54,928 bases of DNA from Bacteroidota bacterium (GTDB lineage: Bacteria > Bacteroidota > Bacteroidia > 2-12-FULL-35-15): assembly GCA_043742725.1 (NCBI GenBank), contig JAYTXX010000141.1, positions 1 through 54,928 of the forward strand, written 5' to 3'. Of the stretch, positions 9,364 to 18,719 are shown piece by piece. Position 1 is the first letter of the stretch, and each line of letters starts with the position of its first letter. The position numbers and the translations under genes were made by a program. The notes beneath the pieces were generated by a model. That model was not told the origin of the DNA. It worked only from the letters and a program-made list of their open reading frames with translations, and searched no databases.

Positions 9364-10236
9364 ATGATTGGTAAATATTCCATAAAAGATTTAGAAAAAA
9401 TTTCGGGCATAAAAGCCCATACGTTGCGTATTTGGGAGCAACGCTATGGAATTTTGAAGCCAGAACGAACAGACACAAATATTCGTTGGTATTGCAACAA
9501 TGAGCTCAAAGCACTTTTAAACATTAGCCTTTTAAATAATCACGGATACAAAATTTCTAAAATAGCTTCATTAAACGATAAACAAATTGTTGCAGAAGTG
9601 AACAAAATTGTTGAATCGCAAACTTCAACTTCCGAACAAATTGATGGGCTTATTATTGCAATGGTTGAAATTGATGAGCAGCGATTTGAAAAAATAATTT
9701 CAAACAACATTTTAAGACAAGGGTTTGCTCATACAATTGAAAATGTGGTTTATCCTTTTCTTCATAAAATTGGAATTATGTGGCAAACGGGAAGCGTAAA
9801 TCCAGCACAAGAACATTTTATTTCCAATTTAATTCGCCAGAAATTAATTGTTGCTATTGATGGTCAACTTGTTTCTGAAAATAAAAACACAAAAAAATTT
9901 CTACTCTATTTACCAGACATGGAGTTGCACGAATTGAGTTTGCTATACTTTACTTATTTGTTAAAATCGAAAGGACATCAAGTAATTTATTTAGGTCAAT
10001 CTGTTCCTATATTGGATTTGCAAAAAGTGTATGAAATTCGCAAACCTCACTATATTGTTTCTGTAATTACTCATTCGATGGACAATTTGAGCATATATGT
10101 TAAAAATTTAGCCACATCATTTCCTAAAGCAAAAATCTTATTGTCTGGTTCGCAGGTAATAAAATCATCGAATATCAAGCTTCCTAAAAACGTAAACAAA
10201 TTTTCTACTCCTCACGAATTATTGGATTTAATTTAA
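9364..10236 (+). CDS. MerR-family regulator with a cobalamin-binding domain (CarH/LitR-like photoreceptor)
   Basis: MerR HTH (HTLRIWEQRYG), W-x9-EH (WQTGSVNPAQEH), ELHELS variant of ExHxxG, YLGQSVP. Confidence 0.9.
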   Translation: MIGKYSIKDLEKISGIKAHTLRIWEQRYGILKPERTDTNIRWYCNNELKALLNISLLNNHGYKISKIASLNDKQIVAEVNKIVESQTSTSEQIDGLIIAMVEIDEQRFEKIISNNILRQGFAHTIENVVYPFLHKIGIMWQTGSVNPAQEHFISNLIRQKLIVAIDGQLVSENKNTKKFLLYLPDMELHELSLLYFTYLLKSKGHQVIYLGQSVPILDLQKVYEIRKPHYIVSVITHSMDNLSIYVKNLATSFPKAKILLSGSQVIKSSNIKLPKNVNKFSTPHELLDLI

Positions 10237-10358
10237 TTAAATTCTTCTTGTCGATTGCCTTATAATCCTTTTCAGTATTGGGTTTTTAATAGTTTTTATT
10301 TTGTTTAGACGAGCCTGTTTTTAATTTGTGTTTAAAACAATTGTTTAGCTTTTCCAAA

Positions 10359-10397
10359 AAAAGATTAAACAAAATTATTGTTTTTGTTTAATCTTTT
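10359..10397. promoter_or_regulatory. Perfect 16-bp inverted repeat, putative operator over the sigma-factor promoter
   Basis: AAAAGATTAAACAAAA-ttattgt-TTTTGTTTAATCTTTT. Confidence 0.7.
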
Positions 10398-10407
10398 AGT
10401 ACATTTG
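10378..10407 (+). promoter_or_regulatory. Bacteroidota sigma-A promoter of the ECF sigma gene
   Basis: TTG (10378-10380), 19-bp spacer, TACATTTG (10400-10407). Confidence 0.7.
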
Positions 10408-10445
10408 TTAAACAAAATAAAAAAACAATTTTAAAAACATATACT

Positions 10446-10958
10446 ATGACAGCAATAGAATTTAACCAACAGCTCGTTAATCAAAGGGTTTCATTGAAAA
10501 ACTTTGCTTACAGTTTAACATTAAATAATGAAGAAGCACAAGATTTAGTTCAGGATACTTATTTAAAAGCGATAAAGTATCGCGATAAATTTGCTGATGC
10601 TACAAATTTAAAGGCGTGGCTTTATACTATTATGAAAAATACGTTTATTAATACCTATAGACGTTCTATCAAAACACGCCAAATCATTCAGCAAACAGAT
10701 GATTTAAGTACTGTAAAACCATTGGCAGGAGCAAATAGTCCAAGTGCAGAATCGCAACTTCACGAAAAACAAATTGCAAAAGCAATAGACGGATTGGAGG
10801 AAGACTATCGAATTCCGTTTACAAAATATTTTGATGGTTTTAAATACAAAGAAATTGCAGACGAATTAAATTTGCCTATTGGCACTGTTAAAAGCAGAAT
10901 ATTTTTGGCAAGAAAAAAATTAATGGTTGATTTAAAAGATTTTATTTCTCAAAATTAA
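10446..10958 (+). CDS. ECF-type RNA polymerase sigma-70 factor
   Basis: Region 2 AQDLVQDTYLKA...KAWLYTIMKN; region 4 YKEIADELNLPIGTVKSRIFLAR. Confidence 0.95.
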   Translation: MTAIEFNQQLVNQRVSLKNFAYSLTLNNEEAQDLVQDTYLKAIKYRDKFADATNLKAWLYTIMKNTFINTYRRSIKTRQIIQQTDDLSTVKPLAGANSPSAESQLHEKQIAKAIDGLEEDYRIPFTKYFDGFKYKEIADELNLPIGTVKSRIFLARKKLMVDLKDFISQN

Positions 10959-11069
10959 TGTTTAACAATAAAATAGATTAATTAAACAATAAAAATTACA
11001 AAAACGAAAAAAAATTAAAGTATAAATAATATTTTTTTTGTAGTAGATAATTTTTTAATAAATTCAATT

Positions 11070-12389
11070 GTGTTTAAAAAACAGGAAATAACAATATTTT
11101 GGTTTCGTAGAGATTTGCGTTTGAATGATAATGCAGGACTTTATTATGCGTTGAAAGAAAATAAAAATGTATTACCAATTTTTATTTTTGATACGACTAT
11201 CCTCGAAAAGCTTGAAAATAAAGAAGATAAACGTGTCGATTTTATTTATCAAACATTAGATAAATTAAAAATTCAATTAGAAAAAATTCAATCTTCTTTA
11301 TTGGTTTTGAAAGGAAAACCAATTGATGTTTATAAAAAATTGGTAGATGAGTACGAAGCAAAATGCGTTTATACAAATCACGATTACGAATCCTATGCAA
11401 TAAAACGAGATAAAGAAATTCAAGATTTTTTATTCTCAAAAAATATTTTTTTCAAAACATATAAAGACCAAGTTATATTTGAAAAGAGTGAAGTTGTAAA
11501 AGATGATAATCTGCCATATACTGTATTTACGCCATATATGCGCAAATGGAAAAATAAGTTGAATGATTTTTACCTAAAATCATATCCAACTGAAAAATAT
11601 TTTTTTAACTTTTTAAAAGCAAAATCATTTTATTTTCCAACACTAAAAGAGATAGGTTTTTTGTCAAGTGGACTTAAATTATCTGCTCCATTTTTGGATG
11701 AAAAAATAATTTTTAAATACGACCAATTGCGAAATTTCCCTGCAATAGAAGGCACTTCAAGATTGAGTGTTCATTTACGTTTTGGAACAGTAAGTATTCG
11801 TGAATTGGCAACAAAGGCAAAACAGTTGAACGACCAATGGCTGAATGAATTAATTTGGAGAGAATTTTATATGATGATTATGTTTCACTTTCCGCATGTT
11901 GCAACTGGCGCATTTAAAAAACAATATGAAAAAATTCCTTGGCGAAATAATGAACAGGAGTTTGATGCATGGTGCAAAGGTGAAACTGGCTATCCGATTG
12001 TAGATGCAGGAATGCGAGAATTGAATACAACAGGATTTATGCACAACAGAGTACGAATGATTGTTGCAAGTTTTTTGGTAAAACATTTATTAATTGATTG
12101 GCGTTGGGGCGAAGCTTATTTTGCAGAAAAATTAATAGACTTTGATTTATCTGCAAACAATGGTGGTTGGCAATGGGCTGCAAGTAGCGGTTGTGATGCA
12201 GCGCCTTATTTTAGAGTGTTTAATCCTTATGAACAAACAAAACGATTTGATGAAAAATTACAATATATTCGCAAATGGGTTCCCGAATTTGAAGAACTAA
12301 CCTATCCGCAACCTATTGTTGAACATAGATTTGCGAGAGAACGAGTTTTGGCAACCTATAAAAAAGCATTAAGTGCCGATACTATTTAA
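11070..12389 (+). CDS. phrB: Deoxyribodipyrimidine (CPD) photolyase
   Basis: WFRRDLRLNDN, TSRLSVHLRFG, ELIWREFY, GETGYPIVDAGMREL, MHNRVRM, NNGGWQW, PYFRVFNP. Confidence 0.95.
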   Translation: MFKKQEITIFWFRRDLRLNDNAGLYYALKENKNVLPIFIFDTTILEKLENKEDKRVDFIYQTLDKLKIQLEKIQSSLLVLKGKPIDVYKKLVDEYEAKCVYTNHDYESYAIKRDKEIQDFLFSKNIFFKTYKDQVIFEKSEVVKDDNLPYTVFTPYMRKWKNKLNDFYLKSYPTEKYFFNFLKAKSFYFPTLKEIGFLSSGLKLSAPFLDEKIIFKYDQLRNFPAIEGTSRLSVHLRFGTVSIRELATKAKQLNDQWLNELIWREFYMMIMFHFPHVATGAFKKQYEKIPWRNNEQEFDAWCKGETGYPIVDAGMRELNTTGFMHNRVRMIVASFLVKHLLIDWRWGEAYFAEKLIDFDLSANNGGWQWAASSGCDAAPYFRVFNPYEQTKRFDEKLQYIRKWVPEFEELTYPQPIVEHRFARERVLATYKKALSADTI

Positions 12390-12416
12390 TTTGTTTAATT
12401 GCGTATTTTCGCAATT

Positions 12417-13007
12417 ATGAATTACTACATTATTTACAAGCCTTACAAAATTATTTCTCAATTTACTTCTTCTCATCGCAAGAAAAAATGTTTGGGCGAA
12501 TTGGGTTTTCCTTTTCCAAAAGATGTTTATCCTGTTGGTAGATTAGATGAAAATAGCGAAGGCTTATTGATTTTAACAAACGACAAAAAATTAAATTTCA
12601 AATTACTTAATCCTGCATTTGAACACAAGCGAATTTATTTAGTTCAATTGCAAGGAATAATAACAACCCAAGCCATTCAGCAATTGGAAGAGGGCGTTAC
12701 CATTGCGCTTGATGCTGGACCTTATTTAACAAGACCATGCAAAGCTAAAGTAGTTGCAAAGCCTGAAAAGCTTCCTCCACGCGGACATCCAATAAGTGAG
12801 AGTCTTCCTACATCTTGGATTGAACTTACATTAACAGAAGGGAAATTTCATCAAGTTCGTAAAATGACTGCTGGTGTGGGTTTTCCTTGTTTACGATTAA
12901 TAAGAATTGCTATTGAAGATATTCGATTAGAAACGATGCAACCAGCCGAAGTGCGCGAATTAAAAAGAGATGCAGTGTATAAAAAATTAAATATTACGAT
13001 TGATTAA
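12417..13007 (+). CDS. rluE: RsuA-family pseudouridine synthase without an S4 domain (RluE-like)
   Basis: YKP, YPVGRLDENSEGLLILTND, EGKFHQVRKMTA, CLRLIR; ATG at 12417 preferred over the TTG at 12399. Confidence 0.8.
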   Translation: MNYYIIYKPYKIISQFTSSHRKKKCLGELGFPFPKDVYPVGRLDENSEGLLILTNDKKLNFKLLNPAFEHKRIYLVQLQGIITTQAIQQLEEGVTIALDAGPYLTRPCKAKVVAKPEKLPPRGHPISESLPTSWIELTLTEGKFHQVRKMTAGVGFPCLRLIRIAIEDIRLETMQPAEVRELKRDAVYKKLNITID

Positions 13008-13071
13008 ATTGTATTTTTCGTTAGCAAAAATCAAAAAAATATGTACTTTCGTTTTAGATAAAATAATTTGT

Positions 13072-14412
13072 ATGACCGATTTAGCCACCCAATTTTTCGA
13101 TAAGCGATTACTTCGTGTTTCGTTTGTGGCTATTTTCTTTTCTTTTATTTTCTTTTCTCAAAATAGTTTTGCTCAAGCACCTGGAATGCTTGAATTTGCT
13201 GGAAGAACAGTGAAGGATAACAATGCCTTATCTGGAGCAACGGTTACAGTTTTTCGTGCAGGAACCATTCAGCAAGAGCAAGTAAAAACGGGTAAAAACG
13301 GAAAATTTAGATTTTATTTAGTTTTTGGAACCGATTATAAAATTACATTTTCATACCCAGGTTGTGTGGATATGCACTTGATGGTTTATACCAGTCAATT
13401 GCCAAGAGACAGAGGCGATTTGTTTCCGCTTTATCAAGCCGATATTCCATTTTTTCAAACAGATAATACCACAATAAGAATTGCGAAATACAAAAATCCT
13501 TTTACAAAAATTATATACGATGGAAAAAAATCGTTTAAAGATGACGAAGCTTATTTAGCTGCATTTGTAAAAGATATATTTATAGATGCTGCCGAATTAG
13601 CCAAAATATATGCTGAAAAAGAAGCAAAAGCAAAAGCGGAAAAAGACAAACTAGAAGCAGAAGCAAGAGCCAAACGAGAAGCAGAGTTGAAAGCACAAAA
13701 AGAAGCGGAAGAAAAACTTTTAGCTGAACAAAAAGCGAAAGAAGATGCGCTGAAAGCTTCTGAATTGGCTCGTTTGAAAGAAGATGCAAAGAAAGTTGAG
13801 CCAGAAAAACAAACAATGGAAACGGAAGGAATTCATTTGCAACGTGAAAAACAAAACAAAGTGTTGCTTGCAAAAAAGAACAAAGAAATTAAAACAACTT
13901 ACGAAAATGATTTGCTAAAATTAGTTGCCGAAACAGAACGAACTGCAAAACAAAAAGCATTTAAAGAAGAAATGAAAGAAGCTCGCGGAAATACTGTAAT
14001 AGAACAAATGCGTAGAGAAAGTGATTTAAAAGCAAAGTCGGATATTTTGAGAGCAGAAAGCAAAACCAAGAAAAAGAAAGAGTTAGAAAACAAACAATAT
14101 AAACTAAATGAAATGCGAAAGCTTGTTGAAGCAGCAGCATTTGCAGAACGCTCGGTGCTTATTAATAACCAAAAAACATTGCCCGATGCCAATAATTACA
14201 AACCAAAAGAGTTGCCAAATGTTTCTGTAAGTGTTGATGATGGCTTTGTTAAAACTACTCGCACAACTGTTATTACATTAAATAAAAAATTAGATACCTA
14301 CAAAAAAGTAAGTTATTTCTGGGGAAAAATTTATTGTTATAAAAATAATATTGAAATAGATGAAGCAACCTATAATGTTGAAATTGCTTATTTTTTATCG
14401 TTTAAAAATTAG
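13072..14412 (+). CDS. Secreted hypothetical protein: N-terminal beta-sandwich plus a long Lys/Glu/Ala coiled coil (TolA-like composition)
   Basis: Signal peptide ending SFA-Q; AEKEAKAKAEKDKLEAEARAK region; start moved to ATG 13072, downstream of a TACTTTCG promoter-like box. Confidence 0.75.
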   Translation: MTDLATQFFDKRLLRVSFVAIFFSFIFFSQNSFAQAPGMLEFAGRTVKDNNALSGATVTVFRAGTIQQEQVKTGKNGKFRFYLVFGTDYKITFSYPGCVDMHLMVYTSQLPRDRGDLFPLYQADIPFFQTDNTTIRIAKYKNPFTKIIYDGKKSFKDDEAYLAAFVKDIFIDAAELAKIYAEKEAKAKAEKDKLEAEARAKREAELKAQKEAEEKLLAEQKAKEDALKASELARLKEDAKKVEPEKQTMETEGIHLQREKQNKVLLAKKNKEIKTTYENDLLKLVAETERTAKQKAFKEEMKEARGNTVIEQMRRESDLKAKSDILRAESKTKKKKELENKQYKLNEMRKLVEAAAFAERSVLINNQKTLPDANNYKPKELPNVSVSVDDGFVKTTRTTVITLNKKLDTYKKVSYFWGKIYCYKNNIEIDEATYNVEIAYFLSFKN

Positions 14413-14444
14413 ATATTATAAACAAAATTTGAAATCATTCTCAA

Positions 14445-17400
14445 ATGAAAAAATATAAACTGCTTTTATTTTTGCTCTTGAACGTACTACTCTGTAATCG
14501 TTCAATCACAGCGCAAACAACAAGTTTTCTATACTATGGTGTGGAACAAGGATTGTCGCAATCGCAAGTACAGTGCATTACTCAAGACGATGAAGGAAAT
14601 CTTTGGATTGGTACACTATCTGGATTAAGTAAGTATAATGGTAGAGATTTTAAAATATATTCTAAAAATGATTCTTTAGCCGAAGATTGGGTAACATCTT
14701 TATGTAAAGATAAAAATGGAAATATTTGGTTTGGACATTGGGCAGGCGGAGTATCTATGTACAATCATAAAACGCAGAAAATAGAAAATTTAAAATTAGA
14801 AGAATATACGCGTTTCAAAACAGTTACTTCAATAACTCAAGATGAACAAAATCGTTATTGGATTGCAACGGAAGGTGCTGGTGTTTTTGTGTACGATCCT
14901 GAAAATAAAAAAATGGTTATGCTTACCAAAAAAGATGGATTGGGCAGTGATAATGTTTACAAAATATGCACAGATCAAAAAGGAAATGTGTGGGTGGCAA
15001 CAGATATTGGTATTACCATTTTCGATTCTAATTCATTATCAACACACAGCATATTAAATATTGGCAATGGCTTACATAGCAATAGAATTACCACAATGGC
15101 ATTGGCAAATGAAAATGAAATGTGGATTGGAAGTGCCGATGCTGGAGTGATGATATTGAAAATAAAAGATGATTTTTCGGTAAAAAATCCAACAAAAGCA
15201 ATTGAAAATGGTGGTCAGCGAATTGATTTAAAAGATGGATTGACGGCAAATTTTATTACCTCTATATTGGAAGATAAAACACACAATGTGTGGCTTGGAA
15301 CCATTGGTGGTGGTGCAATAAAAATTACTCCATTTCCTTCAAAAGATAGAACAGAAGCTATTTCTAAAGCTATTATTTATAACTATAACACAAAACAAGG
15401 ATTAAATTATTTTAATGCAAATACATTGTTTCAAGACCGAGAAAACAATATTTGGATTGGAACTGATATTGGTTTAAATGAATATCGTGGCGAACGATTT
15501 CAAATTTATGATGAAGCAGATAGCCTTACTAATAACCTTGTGTGGACAACGCTTGTGGACAGAGATGGAAATTTGTGGTTAGGAACGAATGATGGAATTT
15601 CAAAAATTACGTTTAGTTATTCTGCAATTAATAGAAAGCAAAATCATACGATAAAAAACTACAATACAAAAGATGGATTGAGTAGCAATGTGGTACTTTC
15701 TTCTTTTGAAGATAGAGATGGAAATTTATGGTTTGGTACAGGTTTCAATGGTGTTTGTAAATTTGATAGTAGAAAAAATAAATTTGAAACATACAATAAA
15801 GAGAATGGTTTAGCGGGAAATGTAGTGTTTGCAATAAGCCAAGACAATGCAGGAAACATGTGGTTTGGAACAAAAGAAGGAGCATCAAAATTTAATTCGG
15901 AAACAAAAGAATTTCGTAATTATACTATTGCTGATGGATTGGGAGGAAACAATGTTTATCGTATTTTCAAAGATAGCAAAGGTAATTTATGGTTTGGTGC
16001 ATTGGGTGGAAATTTATCCATGTTCGATGGAAATACATTTAAAAGTTTTACAGAAAAAGATGGAATGTACCACCGTTTTATTTTATGTATAAACGAAGAT
16101 AAACAACACAATTTGTGGTTTGGAGCTTATGGTGGTGGACTTTATAAATACGATGGAAAAACATTTATAAACTATACTGTAAAAGAAGGACTAACAACCG
16201 ATTCGCCATATTCAATTATAGCAGATAATGATAATCATGTTTGGATTGGAAGCAGCAGAGGCATTGATAGATTTGATAGTGAAACAAAAAAATTTATTCA
16301 TTATGGAAAGTCCGATGGATTTCTTGGAGTAGAAACAAATCCAAATGCAGTTTCAATTGATAAAGATGGAAACCTTTGGTACGGAACCATTATGGGTGCT
16401 GTGAGGTACAATCCAAAAGAAGACAAACAAAATAATATTGAACCCAAAACATACATCACAGGATTAAAATTATTTATGAAAGAGGTGCCATTTCCTGATG
16501 ATGCACGTTTTGCTTACAATCAAAATCACTTAACATTTTCATTCATTGGTACTAGCCTTTCAAATCCAGAAAAAGTAAAATATCAATATAAATTAGAAGG
16601 CTTTGATAAAGATTGGTTACCCGAATATACAACCGTGAATGAAGCTGTTTACACAAACTTACCTCCAGGATCTTATACTTTTTTGATAAGAGCTTGTAAC
16701 AGTGATGGAATTTTTAATATTCAACCAGCATCCTATAAATTTTTTATTGCTCCACCATTTTGGCAAACCATACTATTTTATGTTTTAGTATTTGTGTTTG
16801 GTGTTTTTGGAATTTATGTGTTTGATAAATTGCGTACACGAAAATTAAAACAAGCAAAAAAAATATTGGAAGGAAAAGTAGAAGAGCGCACTCAAGAATT
16901 AGCATATAAAAATATTGAACTTGCTGAAAAAAATAAAGATATTACCGATAGTATTCGTTATGCAAAACATATTCAAGAAGCCATATTGCCTCCTGAAACA
17001 GCAATTAGAAAATATTTACCAAACTCTTTTGTGTTTGCCAAACCCAAAGATATTGTAAGTGGAGATTTTTATTGGGTTGATAAAAAAGGAGATACCATTT
17101 TATTTGCTGCAATAGATTGTACTGGACATGGAGTTCCTGGAGCATTTATGAGTATTGTTGGACACGATATTTTAACACAAGTAGTAAGCGAAACATCAAA
17201 TGCATATCCATCTGAAATTTTAGATAAACTCAATAAAGGAGTAAGTGAAACATTAAAGCAAACTTCGGAAGGACACAAACTTCGTGATGGAATGGACATT
17301 GCATTGTGTGCATTGAATTTAAAAACAATGGAATTACAATTTGCTGGAGCCTACAATCCTTTGTACATAGTACGTGGAGGAGAATTTATTGAAGTGAAAG

Positions 17401-17693
17401 GAGATAACATTGCTATAGGAAGCTACACCGATGCGAGTCAAAAAAATTATACAAATCATATTATTAAAATACAAAAAGAGGATACGATTTATGTATTTTC
17501 AGATGGCTATGCCGATCAATTTGGTGGACCCGATGGAAAGAAATTTAAACTCGCACAATTCAAATCAATGATTATGAGTTTGAGTGGCGTTTCAATGACA
17601 CAACAAGAAATTGCCATTGAAAAATCAATTGAAGAATGGCGTGGTCCATTGCAACAGGTAGATGATATTTTAGTAATAGGCGTTAGAGTATAA
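14445..17693 (+). CDS. Membrane sensor phosphatase: periplasmic beta-propeller (Reg_prop) + Y_Y_Y + TM + SpoIIE/PP2C domain
   Basis: Repeated GL-x-x-N-x-V...D-x-x-GNLWxGT blades; YQYKLEGFD...YTNLPPGSYTF; PKDIVSGDFYW, DCTGHGVPGA, DGMD, SDGYADQFGG, DDILVIG. Confidence 0.93.
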   Translation: MKKYKLLLFLLLNVLLCNRSITAQTTSFLYYGVEQGLSQSQVQCITQDDEGNLWIGTLSGLSKYNGRDFKIYSKNDSLAEDWVTSLCKDKNGNIWFGHWAGGVSMYNHKTQKIENLKLEEYTRFKTVTSITQDEQNRYWIATEGAGVFVYDPENKKMVMLTKKDGLGSDNVYKICTDQKGNVWVATDIGITIFDSNSLSTHSILNIGNGLHSNRITTMALANENEMWIGSADAGVMILKIKDDFSVKNPTKAIENGGQRIDLKDGLTANFITSILEDKTHNVWLGTIGGGAIKITPFPSKDRTEAISKAIIYNYNTKQGLNYFNANTLFQDRENNIWIGTDIGLNEYRGERFQIYDEADSLTNNLVWTTLVDRDGNLWLGTNDGISKITFSYSAINRKQNHTIKNYNTKDGLSSNVVLSSFEDRDGNLWFGTGFNGVCKFDSRKNKFETYNKENGLAGNVVFAISQDNAGNMWFGTKEGASKFNSETKEFRNYTIADGLGGNNVYRIFKDSKGNLWFGALGGNLSMFDGNTFKSFTEKDGMYHRFILCINEDKQHNLWFGAYGGGLYKYDGKTFINYTVKEGLTTDSPYSIIADNDNHVWIGSSRGIDRFDSETKKFIHYGKSDGFLGVETNPNAVSIDKDGNLWYGTIMGAVRYNPKEDKQNNIEPKTYITGLKLFMKEVPFPDDARFAYNQNHLTFSFIGTSLSNPEKVKYQYKLEGFDKDWLPEYTTVNEAVYTNLPPGSYTFLIRACNSDGIFNIQPASYKFFIAPPFWQTILFYVLVFVFGVFGIYVFDKLRTRKLKQAKKILEGKVEERTQELAYKNIELAEKNKDITDSIRYAKHIQEAILPPETAIRKYLPNSFVFAKPKDIVSGDFYWVDKKGDTILFAAIDCTGHGVPGAFMSIVGHDILTQVVSETSNAYPSEILDKLNKGVSETLKQTSEGHKLRDGMDIALCALNLKTMELQFAGAYNPLYIVRGGEFIEVKGDNIAIGSYTDASQKNYTNHIIKIQKEDTIYVFSDGYADQFGGPDGKKFKLAQFKSMIMSLSGVSMTQQEIAIEKSIEEWRGPLQQVDDILVIGVRV

Positions 17694-17699
17694 TTTTAT

Positions 17700-18209
17700 A
17701 TGAATTTTATTGATTTAATTTTTTGCATTCCTCTTGTTTGGGGCATTTATAAAGGTTTCACAAAAGGCTTCATAATAGAAATTGCTTCTTTCATTGCATT
17801 TGCTTTAGGTATTTGGGGTGGTATAAAATTTTCCGATTTTATTGCTCATAAATTAACTGAACAATTTGATTGGCATTCAACATATTTGCCAATTATATCT
17901 TTTGTAATCGTTTTTTTAGCAATCATTATTGCTGTTTTTTTTGTTGCAAAACTCGTTCAAAAAATTATAGAAGGTATGGCATTAAGTGCTCTTAATAAAA
18001 TAGCTGGAGCCATTGTTGGGTTTTTAAAATTCGCATTAATTATTAGCGTTTTTATTTTTGTGATTGATGCAATTGAAAAAAGTTATCCGTTAATTTCATT
18101 CAAATCAAAAGAAGAATCATTGCTTTATAAACCAATAGGAAAGATAGCTCCAGCGCTTATTCCAAGTTTGAGTCAAAGCAAAATAAATTCAATAATTCCT
18201 GAAAAGTAA
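17700..18209 (+). CDS. cvpA: CvpA (colicin V production) family membrane protein
   Basis: MNFIDL...GFTKGFIIE, LNKIAGAIVG, ESLLY. Confidence 0.88.
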   Translation: MNFIDLIFCIPLVWGIYKGFTKGFIIEIASFIAFALGIWGGIKFSDFIAHKLTEQFDWHSTYLPIISFVIVFLAIIIAVFFVAKLVQKIIEGMALSALNKIAGAIVGFLKFALIISVFIFVIDAIEKSYPLISFKSKEESLLYKPIGKIAPALIPSLSQSKINSIIPEK

Positions 18210-18229
18210 ATTTGTCTATTTCATTTTTG

Positions 18230-18237
18230 TACATTTG
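18230..18237 (+). promoter_or_regulatory. Bacteroidota -7 element (TACATTTG) just upstream of the Cys-rich leader ORF
   Basis: TAnnTTTG ending 8 bp before ATG 18246. Confidence 0.6.
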
Positions 18238-18245
18238 TAATGTAA

Positions 18246-18644
18246 ATGAAAACAACACAAAAAATAATCTCTCTTTTTTTAGCATTTATTTTTTTGCTTT
18301 CCTCGCTTGGTTTTACTGCCAATAAAATGGTTTGTTTGAAAAGCGGAAAAACAAAGTTGTCGTTGGTTCATTTGAAAGATTGTTGTCCCGAAAAAAAATC
18401 AGTAACTCCACTTTTAAAAAGCGATTGTTGCAATATCAACAATATATATTTTAATTTAAGCGATTTTCAACACGCTGAAAAAAATAATATAGAACAACCT
18501 TCTTCGCAAATTTCGTTTGTAAATCCAACTCAAAAATTTAAAATAAATACTTCAACATTTGTTTTAACACATTCTTCTTTCGTTATTCCGCCAAAGCTTT
18601 CGGGCAGAGAACTACTTTCTTTTATTTCTATTCTTACCATTTGA
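18246..18644 (+). CDS. Cys-rich secreted protein, HYC_CC_PP-like; putative regulatory leader of the TonB-dependent receptor
   Basis: Signal peptide, MVC, DCC twice, C-terminal IPP...ILTI-stop; lies directly upstream of a TBDR. Confidence 0.8.
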   Translation: MKTTQKIISLFLAFIFLLSSLGFTANKMVCLKSGKTKLSLVHLKDCCPEKKSVTPLLKSDCCNINNIYFNLSDFQHAEKNNIEQPSSQISFVNPTQKFKINTSTFVLTHSSFVIPPKLSGRELLSFISILTI

Positions 18645-18716
18645 TTTTTAAAAAATAATTTTTGCTGTTCTGCATGTTTCTGTTTTTCAGAAAAAAAATC
18701 GTTTTAAAAAATCAAA
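18640..18716 (+). promoter_or_regulatory. Intergenic stem-loop pairing the leader stop codon with the TBDR initiation region
   Basis: TTTGATTTTT (18640-18649) pairs with AAAAATCAAA (18707-18716); AAAA/TTTT continues after one mismatch; inner TTTCTG/CAGAAA. Confidence 0.55.
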
Positions 18717-18719
18717 AAA

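Noticed and set aside
18645-18719. Cobalamin or other riboswitch ahead of the TonB receptor
   Set aside because: Only 75 nt, very AT-rich, and lacks B12-box or other aptamer consensus
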